A DNA stretch of 64,000 nt from Flavobacteriales bacterium (GCA_018401695.1 JAGYKD010000001.1:348016-412015), one strand, 5' to 3'. Shown: positions 31,453 through 43,900, counted from the first letter of the stretch. Notes: generated by a model from the sequence alone, not told the origin. Made by a program: numbers and translations.

Positions 31453-32720
31453 GCGCGCCGGGATTCTACTTTTTGAAGCACCTCTTGGTAAGCGGCGAAG
31501 TAAGCCTCCACCCCTCTTGTTAGGGCAAAGTACGCTTCGGCACCCGCACGCAAATGATGCATTTGGGTGCCCAAAAGTGCCAGGGCCTGGTCTATAGCTT
31601 TAGCATAGGACTCATCGCTCAATTGGTCCACCAGGATACCGCTTTTAAAATGCTCAACTATATAATCCGAGTCCCCTACTCCACGATTGCAAATAACCGG
31701 CACATTCATGGCCATTAGCTCTCCTTGTTTGGTTGGACTGCTGGCTTGTTTACTGTAGGCGGCTTTTATAAAAAACAGCGCAAAATCTGCCAAAGAAATC
31801 ACAGAAGGGAGGTCTTGCCGACTGAACCCCTGCACCCGGATGCTATCCGAAGGAATCCCAAGCTCCTTTGCCCTTTTCCATAATCCACTGGCATCGTCAC
31901 GGGTTGCTACCAACCATACCGCATCCGGCTCCTGTTTTAGCCATTGGGCAAAAAAAGCCACCATTTCGTCCACCAAATACCAGGTACCGAGAGACCCTAC
32001 ATAAATAATTACCGTTCCGGCTTTTACCAAACGCAATTCTTTGCGCCACATTTCTGCTTTTTCTCTTGAAACCGCTTCGGGATCGAAATGCGCTAAGTCG
32101 GTGCAGCAAGGTATTACGCTGCATGTCCAATTGCTTTTGTTGGTGAGGTAAGGGAAAGCCTCCATTATTTCCTTTCCCTTGTGGGTAAGGCTAATGACTC
32201 TGTCGGCAGCCAAAAGCAATTCCTTTTCGCGGCGCTTAAAATGGGTATAAATGGCTTTGTATAAAGGATTTTTTAGGTTCCAAACCCCTCCATCTACCCG
32301 CTCATCCGGAAAAAAACCACGCATGTCGAACAAAAACCCCGTGCCATGAGATTTTTTCCAGCGCAGGCCCTCCTCGGCAGTGATATAGCTTCTGCAATGC
32401 AAGATATGGAAGGGCTTATCTCGATAAAGTGCCCGCAGTTTTTGCTTTAATTTCCACCCATCGTATAAAGTAGACAGTACAGGAGGCGACTTATGGTATA
32501 CCAAAGGATGCCATTCTATACTCTGGGTTGTGCAAAAAGCCTGAATACGCGCTCCATCTTTGGTCATTCGGTCGGGCTTTTCGAAAGAGACCAAGCGCAT
32601 AGAAACTCCCCTCTCCACAAGTCCTTTTAGATAAGGCAACACTTGAGACTCCCCTAAGGGGTCCGTCATACCATCGTAAGACAAAAAAACAGCTTCAGTG
32701 GGATGTGAATTGTTGGGCAT
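31449..32720 (-). CDS. Glycosyltransferase (GT4-like)
   Basis: SYDGMTDPLGESQVLPYL, HCRSY, FDMRGF, SSPTKQGE. Confidence 0.85.
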   Translation of the reverse strand: MPNNSHPTEAVFLSYDGMTDPLGESQVLPYLKGLVERGVSMRLVSFEKPDRMTKDGARIQAFCTTQSIEWHPLVYHKSPPVLSTLYDGWKLKQKLRALYRDKPFHILHCRSYITAEEGLRWKKSHGTGFLFDMRGFFPDERVDGGVWNLKNPLYKAIYTHFKRREKELLLAADRVISLTHKGKEIMEAFPYLTNKSNWTCSVIPCCTDLAHFDPEAVSREKAEMWRKELRLVKAGTVIIYVGSLGTWYLVDEMVAFFAQWLKQEPDAVWLVATRDDASGLWKRAKELGIPSDSIRVQGFSRQDLPSVISLADFALFFIKAAYSKQASSPTKQGELMAMNVPVICNRGVGDSDYIVEHFKSGILVDQLSDESYAKAIDQALALLGTQMHHLRAGAEAYFALTRGVEAYFAAYQEVLQKVESRRA

Positions 32721-34557
32721 GCCAAAGATTTAATTGCAACAGCAGCCACACCTGCTGATAATGAATTTGAGAACCACGTTTAAAAAAGGGTTGTACCAGG
32801 TTTAAGGCCGCTTGCTTGTCTACCAAGCCATGACTATACGCCGACTCAGAAAGCACCATATCCCCCACGAGTTCTTTAAGCCCTCCCCTAAGCCAATGGT
32901 TAAGAGGGATAGAAAAGCCCCATTTGGGCCGCTCAAAAAGTTCCCTGGGCAGGTGGCGGTACAATACCTCCTTAAGCAAATATTTATCCACTCCATCCCT
33001 GCGCTTTAGCTTTGAATCTAAGGCAGCGGCAAACTCCACGATGCGGAAGTCCAGCAAAGGAACCCGGGCTTCTAAGCTATGCTGCATGGAAGCGCGGTCC
33101 ATTTTTACCAACAAATCGTCGGGCAAATAGGCTTCCTGGTCAAACATAGCCTGACGCGTTGCCGGATCGGCAGAGCTAAGCCAAGCAGGAGGCTGCCAAG
33201 TGCTTACTCGATCAGAAGGCAGGCTTCCTGTGAGGCGAGCTACTTCCGAAGCTAGAAAAAAGTATTGTTCTTGACCAAACAAGTGCGCTTGAGGACTTAT
33301 TCCTTGGGCAGGCATACGGAGCAGACGCCCTATCCTACGGTAACGGTCAGGCCCCGTAGCAAAAATCTTAGAGGCCAAGCCACGGGCAAGCCCCCAAGAC
33401 CAAGGGAACTGCTGCAAGCGTTCCGCCCAGCGATAGGCACCATAGCCATGGAAAAGCTCATCGCCGCCATCCCCGGTAAGCACCATAGTAACATGCTTGC
33501 GGGCAAGCTCAGAAACCACCAAAGAAGGAACCGCGGATGCATCGCCATAAGGTTCGTCGTAAATTTGGGGCAGGCGCTCCACCCAATGGAAGCAATCCTT
33601 AGCTTGAATTCTAAAGGTGGTATGGTTGGTGTTTAGGGCCTTGGCCACTTGCTCGGCATAGGGCGACTCATCGTGCGAGTCGGTATCCATGGCAATGGAA
33701 AAGGTACGCAAACCCGGCCCATAATGTTTACTAGCCAAGGCAGTAACCAAACTTGAATCCACTCCTCCGCTCAAAAAGGTTCCAAAAGGGACGTCCGATA
33801 CCAGGCGCTGGCCCACCGCGTCTTGCAAAAGCGCATCCAGCGTATCTATGGCTTCGGGCGCTTTACTTAAGCCGGGGCCTGCAAAAGCTGTTTCTACGCT
33901 CCACCAAGGCGCTATGTGCACTGAGCCACCGGCACTACGGGCGAGGCAATGGCCGGGCGCTAACTTGTGCACACCCTTCCAAATAGAATCTGGACCGGGA
34001 ATATAACCTAAGTGTAAATAGGCGTTGAGTGCCCCTCCATATACTTCGTCCTCAGGCAAACGCAAGGCCTTGAGCTCTGAAGCACAAGCAAAGCCTTGTC
34101 CGGGTAGGCTACGGTAATACAAAGGCTTAATGCCCATGCGATCGCGCCAGATATTCAAAGAGCCTGTTTCTTTATCAAAAATGGCTATAACAAACATGCC
34201 ATTGAGTGCTTGTACAAAATCCGGCCCCCAAGCCACAAAGGCTTCCAAAATCACCTCGGTATCCCCTTGGGTCTTAAAAGGACCATGGCCTTGCTGCTGA
34301 AGCTTGTTTCGAAGTTCTTTAAAGTTATAGACTTCGCCATTGTACACCATTACGTAGCGCCCATTATGGCTATGCGCCGGCTGATGGGCCGCTTCGGACA
34401 AGTCCAATATACTTAAGCGGCGGTGGCCTAATGCCACTCCATGCTTGGCGTCAAAAAAAGTGCCTTGATGGTCAGGGCCTCTATGCGCCAAGCGCGCCGT
34501 TGCTTGCTCTATTTGCTGTTTGGCGCCTTTAGCAATCCAAGCTGTTATACCGCACAT
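32695..34557 (-). CDS. asnB: Asparagine synthase (glutamine-hydrolysing), probably a glycan amidotransferase
   Basis: MCGI Ntn N-terminus, HRGPD, NGEVYN, LSGGVDSS, GDGGDE; overlaps the glycosyltransferase gene. Confidence 0.92.
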   Translation of the reverse strand: MCGITAWIAKGAKQQIEQATARLAHRGPDHQGTFFDAKHGVALGHRRLSILDLSEAAHQPAHSHNGRYVMVYNGEVYNFKELRNKLQQQGHGPFKTQGDTEVILEAFVAWGPDFVQALNGMFVIAIFDKETGSLNIWRDRMGIKPLYYRSLPGQGFACASELKALRLPEDEVYGGALNAYLHLGYIPGPDSIWKGVHKLAPGHCLARSAGGSVHIAPWWSVETAFAGPGLSKAPEAIDTLDALLQDAVGQRLVSDVPFGTFLSGGVDSSLVTALASKHYGPGLRTFSIAMDTDSHDESPYAEQVAKALNTNHTTFRIQAKDCFHWVERLPQIYDEPYGDASAVPSLVVSELARKHVTMVLTGDGGDELFHGYGAYRWAERLQQFPWSWGLARGLASKIFATGPDRYRRIGRLLRMPAQGISPQAHLFGQEQYFFLASEVARLTGSLPSDRVSTWQPPAWLSSADPATRQAMFDQEAYLPDDLLVKMDRASMQHSLEARVPLLDFRIVEFAAALDSKLKRRDGVDKYLLKEVLYRHLPRELFERPKWGFSIPLNHWLRGGLKELVGDMVLSESAYSHGLVDKQAALNLVQPFFKRGSQIHYQQVWLLLQLNLWHAQQFTSH

Positions 34558-34713
34558 AAAGAATTTGTTTAGCCATATGGAGCAAAAGTACGAAGCATTT
34601 TAGCGGCAGGCTCGACAAATGTTTCATCGAAAGGAGGCTGGAACAAAACAAGAGAAATAGTGGAAGAGAAAAGCGAAGCTAGGTAAAACTCCACAAAACC
34701 AAGGCACAAAACG

Positions 34714-34876
34714 CATGCGCCAGGGACCGGCACGGATGCCCCGGACGCCTCTAAACCCGGACGGGCCGGCTGGCGGAGGCGGTCCCGAATCATCGGGAAA
34801 GCCCACGCACAGCCCTGCCCGTCCGTGGTTTGGAGGCGCCGGAGCAGGAGGGAGGGCCCGGTTCAGGCGCCCAAAA
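34714..34876. repeat. Dispersed GC-rich hairpin element E5 (subfamily C-like frame with shared apical module)
   Basis: Minus strand TTTTGGGCGCC...GGTCCCTGGCGCA; arms CGCCTCTAAACC.CGGACGGGC/GCCCGTCCG.GGTTTGGAGGCG; 2 nt after the tatC stop. Confidence 0.78.
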
Positions 34877-34878
34877 CT

Positions 34879-35673
34879 TTAGACTTCTTTGTACTGCCGT
34901 GCGGCAATTCCGATGCTGATTTCGTAGAGAAAAATTAGAGGAAAGGTGATGAGTATCTGGGAAGTAATATCGGGTGGGGTGACCACTGCTGCCAGGATTA
35001 GGATGCCTACATAGGCGTGGCGGCGGTATTTTTTGAGCATGGCGGGACCAACCATGCCCACACGAGCCAGGAAAAAGATAAATACCGGCAATTCAAACAC
35101 CAATCCGGTGCCAAGCGTGAGGTGCAAAATGGTGGATAAATAACTCACAAAGGTGGGACGGTTTTCGATGAGTTCGGATACCTGATAATTACCCAAAAAA
35201 TGTATGGTCATGGGCGACAAAACGAAGTAGCCAAAGAGTGCACCGGTAAAAAATAACATGCTGGAATAAAAAACTATACCACGCACTTTGCCTTTCTCTT
35301 CTTTGCGCAAAGCGGGGCGAATAAAGCGCCAAATTTCGTACAAAATATAAGGAAAAGCCAACACCACACCAGCCAAAAAACAGGCCCAAATATGCCAGGT
35401 AAACTGACCGGCAAAAACAATGTTTTGGAGTTTTTCAATCTTGAGCTCGCCAAGACATAAATTGGGGGTATCGAGGCTTTCGGCCAGATTACACAACAAG
35501 ACTTTGGTAGGGAAATTTTCTTGAAAGGGACCAAACAGCACCACATCGAACAACACAGAGGTGAAGGCAAAGGCCAATATGGCGCCCACCAATACTGCCA
35601 AAACACTGCGAATCAAATGGCTACGCAGCTCTTCGACATGCTGCAAAAAGGACATTTCTTTCTCTTGAGCCAT
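34879..35673 (-). CDS. tatC: Twin-arginine translocase subunit TatC
   Basis: MSFLQHVEELR, FIRPAL, FELP, TPPD. Confidence 0.96.
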   Translation of the reverse strand: MAQEKEMSFLQHVEELRSHLIRSVLAVLVGAILAFAFTSVLFDVVLFGPFQENFPTKVLLCNLAESLDTPNLCLGELKIEKLQNIVFAGQFTWHIWACFLAGVVLAFPYILYEIWRFIRPALRKEEKGKVRGIVFYSSMLFFTGALFGYFVLSPMTIHFLGNYQVSELIENRPTFVSYLSTILHLTLGTGLVFELPVFIFFLARVGMVGPAMLKKYRRHAYVGILILAAVVTPPDITSQILITFPLIFLYEISIGIAARQYKEV

Positions 35674-35699
35674 CGCTTGCGAAGTTAGTGATTCGGCGG

Positions 35700-36065
35700 C
35701 TACCTAAACCCATCCTCCCTGCGCCGTTTTTTGTAAGCACGACGACTTTCGACCAATGCAAAGTATTCGGTGAATTCGTATTCGCTGATTCCAATAGTTA
35801 TATCATTTACTATCAAATAGGTAGATGTGTTTCCCGTCATAACTTTTCTAAAACGGTAGGCAATTCCGGCATGAAAATTTTTATAGTCCTGCAAGCAATA
35901 GGCCTTGGGCAAACGCGGAAACAGCAGCACCAAAGGCACGCCCAGCAGCGGCGTCAAAAAAAGCATCAGCACATAAGCCCCTGTGGTTCCAATGGTTCTG
36001 AAGGCCCCAAAATAATCGGCAACAATGCCTAAAGCCACCAAATACAGAATGGGAAACAACTCCAT
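35700..36065 (-). CDS. Hypothetical membrane protein
   Basis: Two N-terminal TM segments (G..R.IG.....L...LTPLLG); start set at ATG 36065 because the longer ORF runs into element E6. Confidence 0.65.
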   Translation of the reverse strand: MELFPILYLVALGIVADYFGAFRTIGTTGAYVLMLFLTPLLGVPLVLLFPRLPKAYCLQDYKNFHAGIAYRFRKVMTGNTSTYLIVNDITIGISEYEFTEYFALVESRRAYKKRRREDGFR

Positions 36066-36111
36066 AGCTATATAACCAGCTTGTGCCCGGAATGGTTGTT
36101 TTGCTATGAAA

Positions 36112-36287
36112 TTTGGGGGTTCCCCCTCGGGCCTAAGGGCACCGAGGGGGCGGGCTGTCCGTTCCAAGCCGCATGGGCAAGCCTTGCTTTTGTAAGCTTT
36201 TTGGGGGTTTTGCTAAAGCGCCAACCCCAAAAAGCAACAAAAGCAAAGCCTTGCCTGCGCGGGCTTTCCTCTGCCATCCCTAACCCA
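36112..36287. repeat. Dispersed element E6, Flavo-1-like structured motif with a long inserted stem
   Basis: TTTGGGGGTTCCCCCTCGG...CCGAGGGGGCGGGCTGTCCGTTCCAAG...GCGGGCTTTCCTCTGCCATCCCTAACCC; arms TTGCTTTTGT/ACAAAAGCAA and GCTTTTTGGGG/CCCCAAAAAGC. Confidence 0.78.
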
Positions 36288-36320
36288 AGATCCCTATACT
36301 CTTTGAGCTTGGTGCTCCCC

Positions 36321-37889
36321 TTAGGGATGCTGAACGATTAGAGAATAGGTGTTCCCGGACTCGGTGGAAACTAAAAAATAAAGGCCGGCGGGCAAACCTT
36401 GAGGTAGGCCCAAACGGTCGGTAGGCGTTTGGGTATGCATGAGGCTTTGCCCTTGCATATTCTTGAGTTCCCAAAGTCCGCTTTGCGGCAATTGAATGTT
36501 TTGGCCGGAAACTCCGGGGTTTGGATAAATGAGCTTTGAATGCTGGTTTTCCTGGTCTTGTAAAGACAAATCAGACTCCGGAATCGTGTACCGGGCAGCG
36601 GCCCATTGAAGGATGCCACAGACTCCGTTGCTGCATGTGCGGGTATAACCGCTAAGCACCACCTTACCAAGGGGAGTCAACACTGCGCCGCTAGAAGAGC
36701 TATTGTTGTTCTCGTTGAATATGTTTTTAAAGTACCCACCATTATAGAAGCTTTGGTCTATTTGTCCATTTGGGGTGAGCATGGCCAAAGAAAAATAAAC
36801 GGTATCTCCCGAGCCGTGGTTACCGGTCAACAGCAACCTTCCATCCGAAAGTAGAATGCTGTTGTAGCACCCTTCGGTAACCCCTTGGCCGTTCAAATCC
36901 CATTTGATTTTTCCTTGTTGGCCAAAGGAAGGATCCGGGTTTCCGGTAGCATCCAAGCCGATGGCCAAATAATCGTAATCCAGCCCGGTCCAGGTCATGG
37001 CCGAAACCACGATTCGGCCGTCGTTCCGTGCATGCACTCGGGTTACCAAATCCATGGACGTACTGTCGTAATTGTAAAAGCCTATGCCATTGTACGCAAA
37101 AGCCGGGTTTAATAGTCCATTGGGGCTTATTTTGGCAACAGCAATTCGGTTAAAGTTGGGGTCGTTGCTTCCGGAGGTAGCCCTCATGTATTTAAAAGCA
37201 AAGAGCAGGTCGCCATCGGGATGCCAATCTAAGGTAGCATCGGTACCATCGTACCAATGACCGGTTTGGCTTGGCGAAAACTCCGCAAGTCCATTGTTTC
37301 CAAAACCGGCATCGAGCTGTCCTTGATTGGTCAATTTGGCTACCACTACTTTGCCTATGGATTTGGTTCCTCCTAAATAAAAATCGCCCTGACTGTCTTG
37401 CAACAATGCCCGGAAGTACCATACTTTAGGCGCCTGAAATTTTTTAATTCCGTCGTCGGCAAAATCGGTTTTAAGTCCTGAGCCATCGGGCAAAAGCGCT
37501 GCCATGTATCCAAAAGTCGTGGTTCCGCCTACGTCGGTCGAAGTAGAGCCGCAGAGGTAAATGGCCTCCGGTCGGATCAATACATCGTAGATTCGGGTAG
37601 CCCGCTCCATAATTTGAAAGGTAAAACTGCCGTTGCTGCCAAAGGAGGCGTCGGTAGAGCCATCGGGTTTAAGCTTCATTAAGCGAGCTGTTCCATTAGA
37701 CATGGGATTACCAATCATTAGCAAGGACTCATCGGGAAAAGCGGCGACCAAGTCTCCGGTTCGGCTTTGGGGAAGCACTAGTTTGCCTTGAGTGGCAAAA
37801 GAAGGGTCTAGCGCGGCCTGGTTTTGGCCTGAAAGCAAGCTTAAGGAACCAAGCGCAGATGCACACATAAGGGTAAAGAACAATTTCAT
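36321..37889 (-). CDS. T9SS cargo protein with delta-60-type beta-propeller repeats
   Basis: Repeated G.LD.SFG.NG / DG.I.V.G units; IYPNP...LPAGLYFL CTD. Confidence 0.85.
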   Translation of the reverse strand: MKLFFTLMCASALGSLSLLSGQNQAALDPSFATQGKLVLPQSRTGDLVAAFPDESLLMIGNPMSNGTARLMKLKPDGSTDASFGSNGSFTFQIMERATRIYDVLIRPEAIYLCGSTSTDVGGTTTFGYMAALLPDGSGLKTDFADDGIKKFQAPKVWYFRALLQDSQGDFYLGGTKSIGKVVVAKLTNQGQLDAGFGNNGLAEFSPSQTGHWYDGTDATLDWHPDGDLLFAFKYMRATSGSNDPNFNRIAVAKISPNGLLNPAFAYNGIGFYNYDSTSMDLVTRVHARNDGRIVVSAMTWTGLDYDYLAIGLDATGNPDPSFGQQGKIKWDLNGQGVTEGCYNSILLSDGRLLLTGNHGSGDTVYFSLAMLTPNGQIDQSFYNGGYFKNIFNENNNSSSSGAVLTPLGKVVLSGYTRTCSNGVCGILQWAAARYTIPESDLSLQDQENQHSKLIYPNPGVSGQNIQLPQSGLWELKNMQGQSLMHTQTPTDRLGLPQGLPAGLYFLVSTESGNTYSLIVQHP

Positions 37890-37932
37890 AGAGCTAAATT
37901 TATATACACTTAAGATACAACAAATTGTGGAC

Positions 37933-37962
37933 AAAAAAAAGACCCGCCGAAGCGGGTCTTTT
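37933..37962 (-). terminator. Rho-independent terminator
   Basis: AAAAAAAAGACCCGC-CGAA-GCGGGTCTTTT. Confidence 0.9.
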
Positions 37963-37983
37963 ATAGCCGAGGCTATATAGGTT

Positions 37984-40900
37984 TTACATCTTAACGATGC
38001 GGGTCTGCGATTTAATTTCCCCGAATTGAATTTCTATTAGATACACGCCTTTGGCTTGTCCTGTAAGATTCAAGGAGGTTTGTTGCACACCTGCTTTTCC
38101 TTTTACGGAGCGGCTCAGGATTTCGCGGCCGGTAAGGTCAAGCAAACGTAGCTTAACTTCCTCTCCAGAGGTATTTAGGAACGAAACCTGCACCAAATCA
38201 ACGGTGGGATTGGGGTAAACCACCAAGCTTTGTTGAACGGTTTCCTCAAATCCGGTAGTGCTTATAACCACTGTCTTGGTTACACTTGACGCATTTCCAC
38301 AGCTGTCGGTTACAGTAAGCGTTACGGTATAGTTTCCGTCTGCTCCATAGATGTGGATTGGGTCTTGATCGGTGGAGCTGTTGCCATCGCCGAAGTCCCA
38401 AGCATAGCTTAGACCCGTTCCTGTGGAGCCATTGGTAAATGCGCTGGTAAGGAAGCTCTCTACAGAAGTAAAGGCTGCGGTGGGTGGGGGGTAGTCAAAC
38501 ACTTCCACGGTATCGGTTCCGGTGCTGCAAGTTCCAACAAGGAACAGCGAGTATTCGCCGGGTTGCACCACTTGAATGGTATTGGTGTTTTCGAAAGTGC
38601 TCCAGAAATACGAGCCTGGGGCAATGGCAAAGTCACTGAGGGTAACGGTATCTCCTGCACACTTCCAGATGTCTGGTCCTAAGGTAAAGTTGACCCCTTC
38701 GAACATTTCGTCTGCGCCGATATCAGGCACTACAGAGCTTCTGGCATCACCATCCCAGTCCTTCGTTAAGTTGGCCAAAGGTAAAGCAGCACCATCCAAA
38801 ATAGGTGAACAATGGTGGTGATCGTCCCATGCCAAGAAACCCGGGTCAACAGAAACTGCATTGGCATCCCAACCGGTTTGGTTCTGCCAAATGGCCAAGT
38901 TGGGATAACCTAAGTTGTTCACAGCTGCAAGGAATGGGCCCGAAGTAAAGTAGTTGTTGTAATCGGGAGCTGCGACAAACAAGGAGGAATTGAAAATAAC
39001 CGGAATGGCATTTCCGCGAGCCACCAAGTTATTGTTGAAGGATTCAATGTTGGTGCCTGAAGTAACCGCCATGGCAGCGGACAAGTCGTCGCTTTCCCGG
39101 ATGATGGAGGTATTATTGGCCATACGCAGGTTCACCATATCGTCTACCAATACACCGTAGGTCAAATCGGTCACCCCTGAGTCGCCCACAATAGCTACGT
39201 TATTGTAGAAAGCATTGGGTCCACTGTTGGTGCCTGCCCCGGAGGTCATATAGAACCCATAGTTGGGCCATTCGCCATTGCCCACCACTCGGTTGGCTTC
39301 GAGGTGTAAACCGGGACCGGTGCTTGAGGTATAATAACCAAAAGAGGTACTGGTGTAGCCGCTTTCCGACATCAAATCATTTCCTTGAAGCACTAAAGAA
39401 TCCTGATTCTCGAATCTCCCCCCGTAGAAGTAGGAATCCTCTATTTTATTGTTGATAAAGCTATTCCCTACTTCATTTCCACCTGCTGCTGAGGAGCCGT
39501 ACCAATAAATACCGTAGGAGCCGCCGCGGATACGGTTTTGCTCAAAGGTATTATAATTGTCTCCTCCGCTTCCGCTTTGCGACCAAATCACCGTTCTTAG
39601 AGTAGAGGTAGTAGTGATGGAAGTATCTCCAATAAGCTCGGTATTGGCAATTCGGTTGTGTTCAGAGCCCCCAATAAACTCGAGTACTCGATAGTTGGAA
39701 GGCCCTTCGGACTTCATGGTCAAATGTTCGAAGTTAAGGTGGTTGGCACCATTCAGGCGAACCACATAGTTCAGGGTAGAAACGGTGGGGCCAAAGGAAA
39801 TCGCCACGTCGGTAGAGTCTCCGGATTGAGAACGGTAGGTTACCGTGTTCACCGCGGAGCTGTTGGGTACTTCAAAGAACTCTACTTGTTCATTGTACAC
39901 TCCGCTTACAGCTTCCACAACAATAGGACCGCAAATACCACGAGCCTCAAGAGTGTCCGCGGCTTCGTTAAAGCTCACAAAGTTGGTACCTCCCGATGCT
40001 AGGTTGGGATCAATGGTAAAATTACCGCTCAGACCTTCGTTCACAACTACTACGGAGGTATCGTTGCTAAACTCTTCGTCCACTACATTGTTGGGCTGGC
40101 TGGTGTAGGCTTCTACGATATAGGTTTGTCCTGTGGCAAAGTTAAAGGAGCCCAACACTACGTTGGTGTCCTGTCCTTGGGCCAAATTCATTCCCGAGAG
40201 GGCTACTTGTGGCTGCGCTGCACCGTTGATTTCCCAATCAACCAGTACATCGGTCAAGTTCAATAGACCATAGTTGCGCAGGTTCACCTCTACAGTTCCT
40301 GAACCGGGGCAATAGTTCTTGCCGGGATTGAGGATAGCAAACACGCCGGCATCGTTGTTGGGAACAATAAACTCAATGGCACCTGGATCCGGGGTAGATG
40401 TTCTAGCTACGCCAAAGTGGTCGGTGGGTACAAGAGTCAACAAATCGGCTCCGATATTGTCCACTCCAAGGGCTGTAGGACGAAGATTTCCTCCGGCTGC
40501 ATTGAAATATAATGGATCTGTAGATACCCCGTTACTTTCCCAACCTGGAGTATTGGTCTGATAATCAAAAAGGGTAGGCTGAATTCCAGAGTAGAAGCCA
40601 TAATATGGCGTACCGGCAAGCGGATTCACAAAAACTACATTATTCTCTGTGCTATCTACCGCCAAGGTGCTGTTGATGTACAAGCCATACTTGGTACCGC
40701 TACCTTCACGGCTTACCGTAACTATGTTGTTTACAAAAGATGAAGCCGTTCCGGTTCCGGTAAAGTAAGCACCGTAGGTGGTACTTCCTGTGGTGGCCGA
40801 TTGGTCGTCCAAACTAATGGTATTGTGCAACAAACGGTTTCCTAAAGCTGAAGAAGCATAGGTTCCATAAAGAATACCGTTGCTATTCATTCCATAAATA

Positions 40901-43900
40901 ATGTTGTTTGAGAAGGTATTCTCCAAACCGGGCTGAGCATCGGCTAAAAGATAAATCCCATAGGTAGTACCCGTGTAGCCGGGCGATCCTCCGTTGGGAT
41001 TGGTAACGATGTTTCCATCGATCAAACTACGCTCCATATCTCCTGTGGAATAAATACCATAAAAGGTTGTAAGCGTAGTACGCGTTGGACGGGCCATTTC
41101 ATTGCCAACGAATACCAAGGAATCTACATTATTGAAATACACTTGATGGGCGTAGGCATCGTAAAACTTATTATGGGCGATTCGGTTATTGACATTACCT
41201 GCACCAAAAGTTAAGCCATTCATGCGCATACCATAGTAAGGACCACCTCCAGGACCACCCAAGAAGCTGGAATGTTCCACGGCACAGTTTGAAGCCACAA
41301 TACCCGTTGAACTGGTAGAGGTAGTTGAACCCGAGAACAACAGTCCGGTGGAGTTAATGGTGCTGGTACTGGTGATGCTGCTTAAGTCTACCGTTAAATA
41401 CCTCAAAGTATCGAACTGGTTATCACCAATAAAATGTACCCCATATCCATAGGTAAGGTCTTCCCCAATTAGGGTAAGACTGTCCACTGAAACATATTTG
41501 GCGCCATCTAAACGAAGCAAATGGCGGTTGGTAACGTTAGGCTGGGCAGATAATACCCCTCCTTGACCATGCACGTACAAGTAGTTTTGCGCACTTGCAT
41601 TGGCATAGTTGCGAATGGTAATTTGCTCGTTGATAGTATCCACAGGATTCACAAATACATCTACTCCACCGCAATGGCCGCCTAAGAAGAGTGCAGTGTC
41701 TAGGGCACCCCAAGTGGCGAAGTTGGTTCCACCTGTTGGCAAAGTGCCATCTAAAGTATACGTTCCTGCTAACCCTCCATACACGGAAATGGTAGTGGTA
41801 TCGTTGCCTGCAAACGCATCCGATGTATTGTTGGGCTGCGTGGTATAGGCCTGGAATGTGAATGGACCCGTTCCTGTCAGGGGAAATAAACCCAAGAAAA
41901 GCACAGAATCGTTATTGGCAGGCAAATTGATTCCGCTTAGGCTAACCGTTGGCTGCCCAGCTCCGTTAACACTCCAAGCAACGTCCACGCTAGTCAAAGG
42001 ATTGGATCCGGGATTGTTTAACCTTACAAAAATGGAATCGTTACCGGGGCAGAAGTTAAGGCCGGGATTAATAAACTGGCTAATTCCCGCATCGTTGGCT
42101 GCTCCATCAAACTCCCAAGCACCGGGGTCCGGAGAACTTAAGCGGGTAAACCCGGTAATATCTTGAGGAACCAAGGCATTCAGGTTTGCTCCAATATTGT
42201 TAAAACCGGGCGATTGTGGCTGAAAATTAGCAGCCGCTGGATTGACAAAGACAGGGTCAAAATCTTGACTTAAGTTCTCATATTGGTTGTTGCTGGCAGC
42301 TGCAAAACTGACACGGGTAAAGTGCGGAGTATTGTAGTAGCCATAGTAGTTTGTACCATTGGCATTCACATACACGTTGTTGTTGTTCATGGCTGCCAAC
42401 ACGGCGTTGGTTGTAGAAAAGTACATGCCATAAGACAAGCCGGTGGAAGTTCTGGTAACCGAAATAAGGTTGTTTAGAATTTCCGTTCCAATCATATTTG
42501 AGGTGCCATACAAGCCATAGGTCGCAGAGGTTCCTGAGAAGGCATTATCGTCCAAAGAGACCGTGTTGTGGTACACCAAGTTGTACTCGGGCGATGACAA
42601 ATAAATACCGTATTGAGTACCATTGCTGCCGAAATTGTACACCACATTATTGGCCATTAACAACTCTTGCCCCTGAAGCACATCGGCTGCGGAGTACAAT
42701 CCATAAGCTACTGCGGTCATGGTGGAGGTGCCTTGAGGGCGGTGAATATAATTACGCTCTATTCGACTGTTGTAACTGTCGCCGGTTATAAATATGCCGT
42801 AGAACGTAGTAGTAGCAGATTTCGTAGGTCTGTGCACTTCATTGTCCCAAATTTTGGCTCCGTCAACATCATTGAAATACACGCCATAAAAATAGGGGTC
42901 CCGAATTTCATTGCCTTGCACCAAAATATTTTGAGCACCGGAGCCACCACCGTTTTGACCAATTACCGAAATTCCATAATACAATCCCCCACTAAGCGTT
43001 CTGCCATTGATGGTATTATTCAAAATGGCACAATCGTCACAATTCGCCCCATTGGTAGTAGGGCTTGTATTCGAACCAGACACTACAATACCAGCAGAAT
43101 TCGTGCTTGTAGTGCTAGAAACAGCGCTAATATCCAAATTACAGTTGCGTATGGTATCGTTGGTACATCCCCCTGTGTAATGCACTCCCCAACCAAAGGT
43201 GGTACTCTGAGTTACAATATTCAAATCTTCTAAGGTTACATAAGAGGCCCCATTAAACCGAATTACTTGACGGTCGGAGGTAGTGCCGCTAAACTGAAGG
43301 GTGGCATTATTGCCGTGAATATTGATTCGATTAACCAAACTGGCTCCCGGAATGGTCGTGAAGGTTACTTGCTCATTAAAAACAGCACTTGAAGCAACAT
43401 TTATATCCACAGGTCCGCATACGCCAAAAGTATTTAAGGCCGTGGCCAAATCGTTCCAGTTATTGAAATTGGTTCCGGCTGTGGGCTGGTTCCCGTCAAG
43501 TGTATAAGTACCTGTCAAACTCGGTGTAATGGTTACCGAAACGGTGTCGTTGCCGTTGATGGTATCGTTGCCGCCATTGGGCGCACTGGTCCAAGCCACA
43601 ATTGTGGTTGGCACCCCGGCCACAAAGTTTACATTACCTAAAGGAATGGTAGCTGTATTGCTTCCGTTGCCTCCAATGGTATCCAACAACTGGTTCACCG
43701 GTACAGGTGCTTGCGGCGTCCCATTTAAGGACCAATTAACGGTAAGGCTATTGATTTGATTGCTGCCAAAATTCGCAACATCTAAAGACATTGCGTTACT
43801 ACCCGGACATACCAAGCTTGGATTAATTCCCAAGGCAGCAGCATTATTGAATCCTTGATTGGCAAGCGAATAAACCACACCACCATTAAATTGGCGGGGA

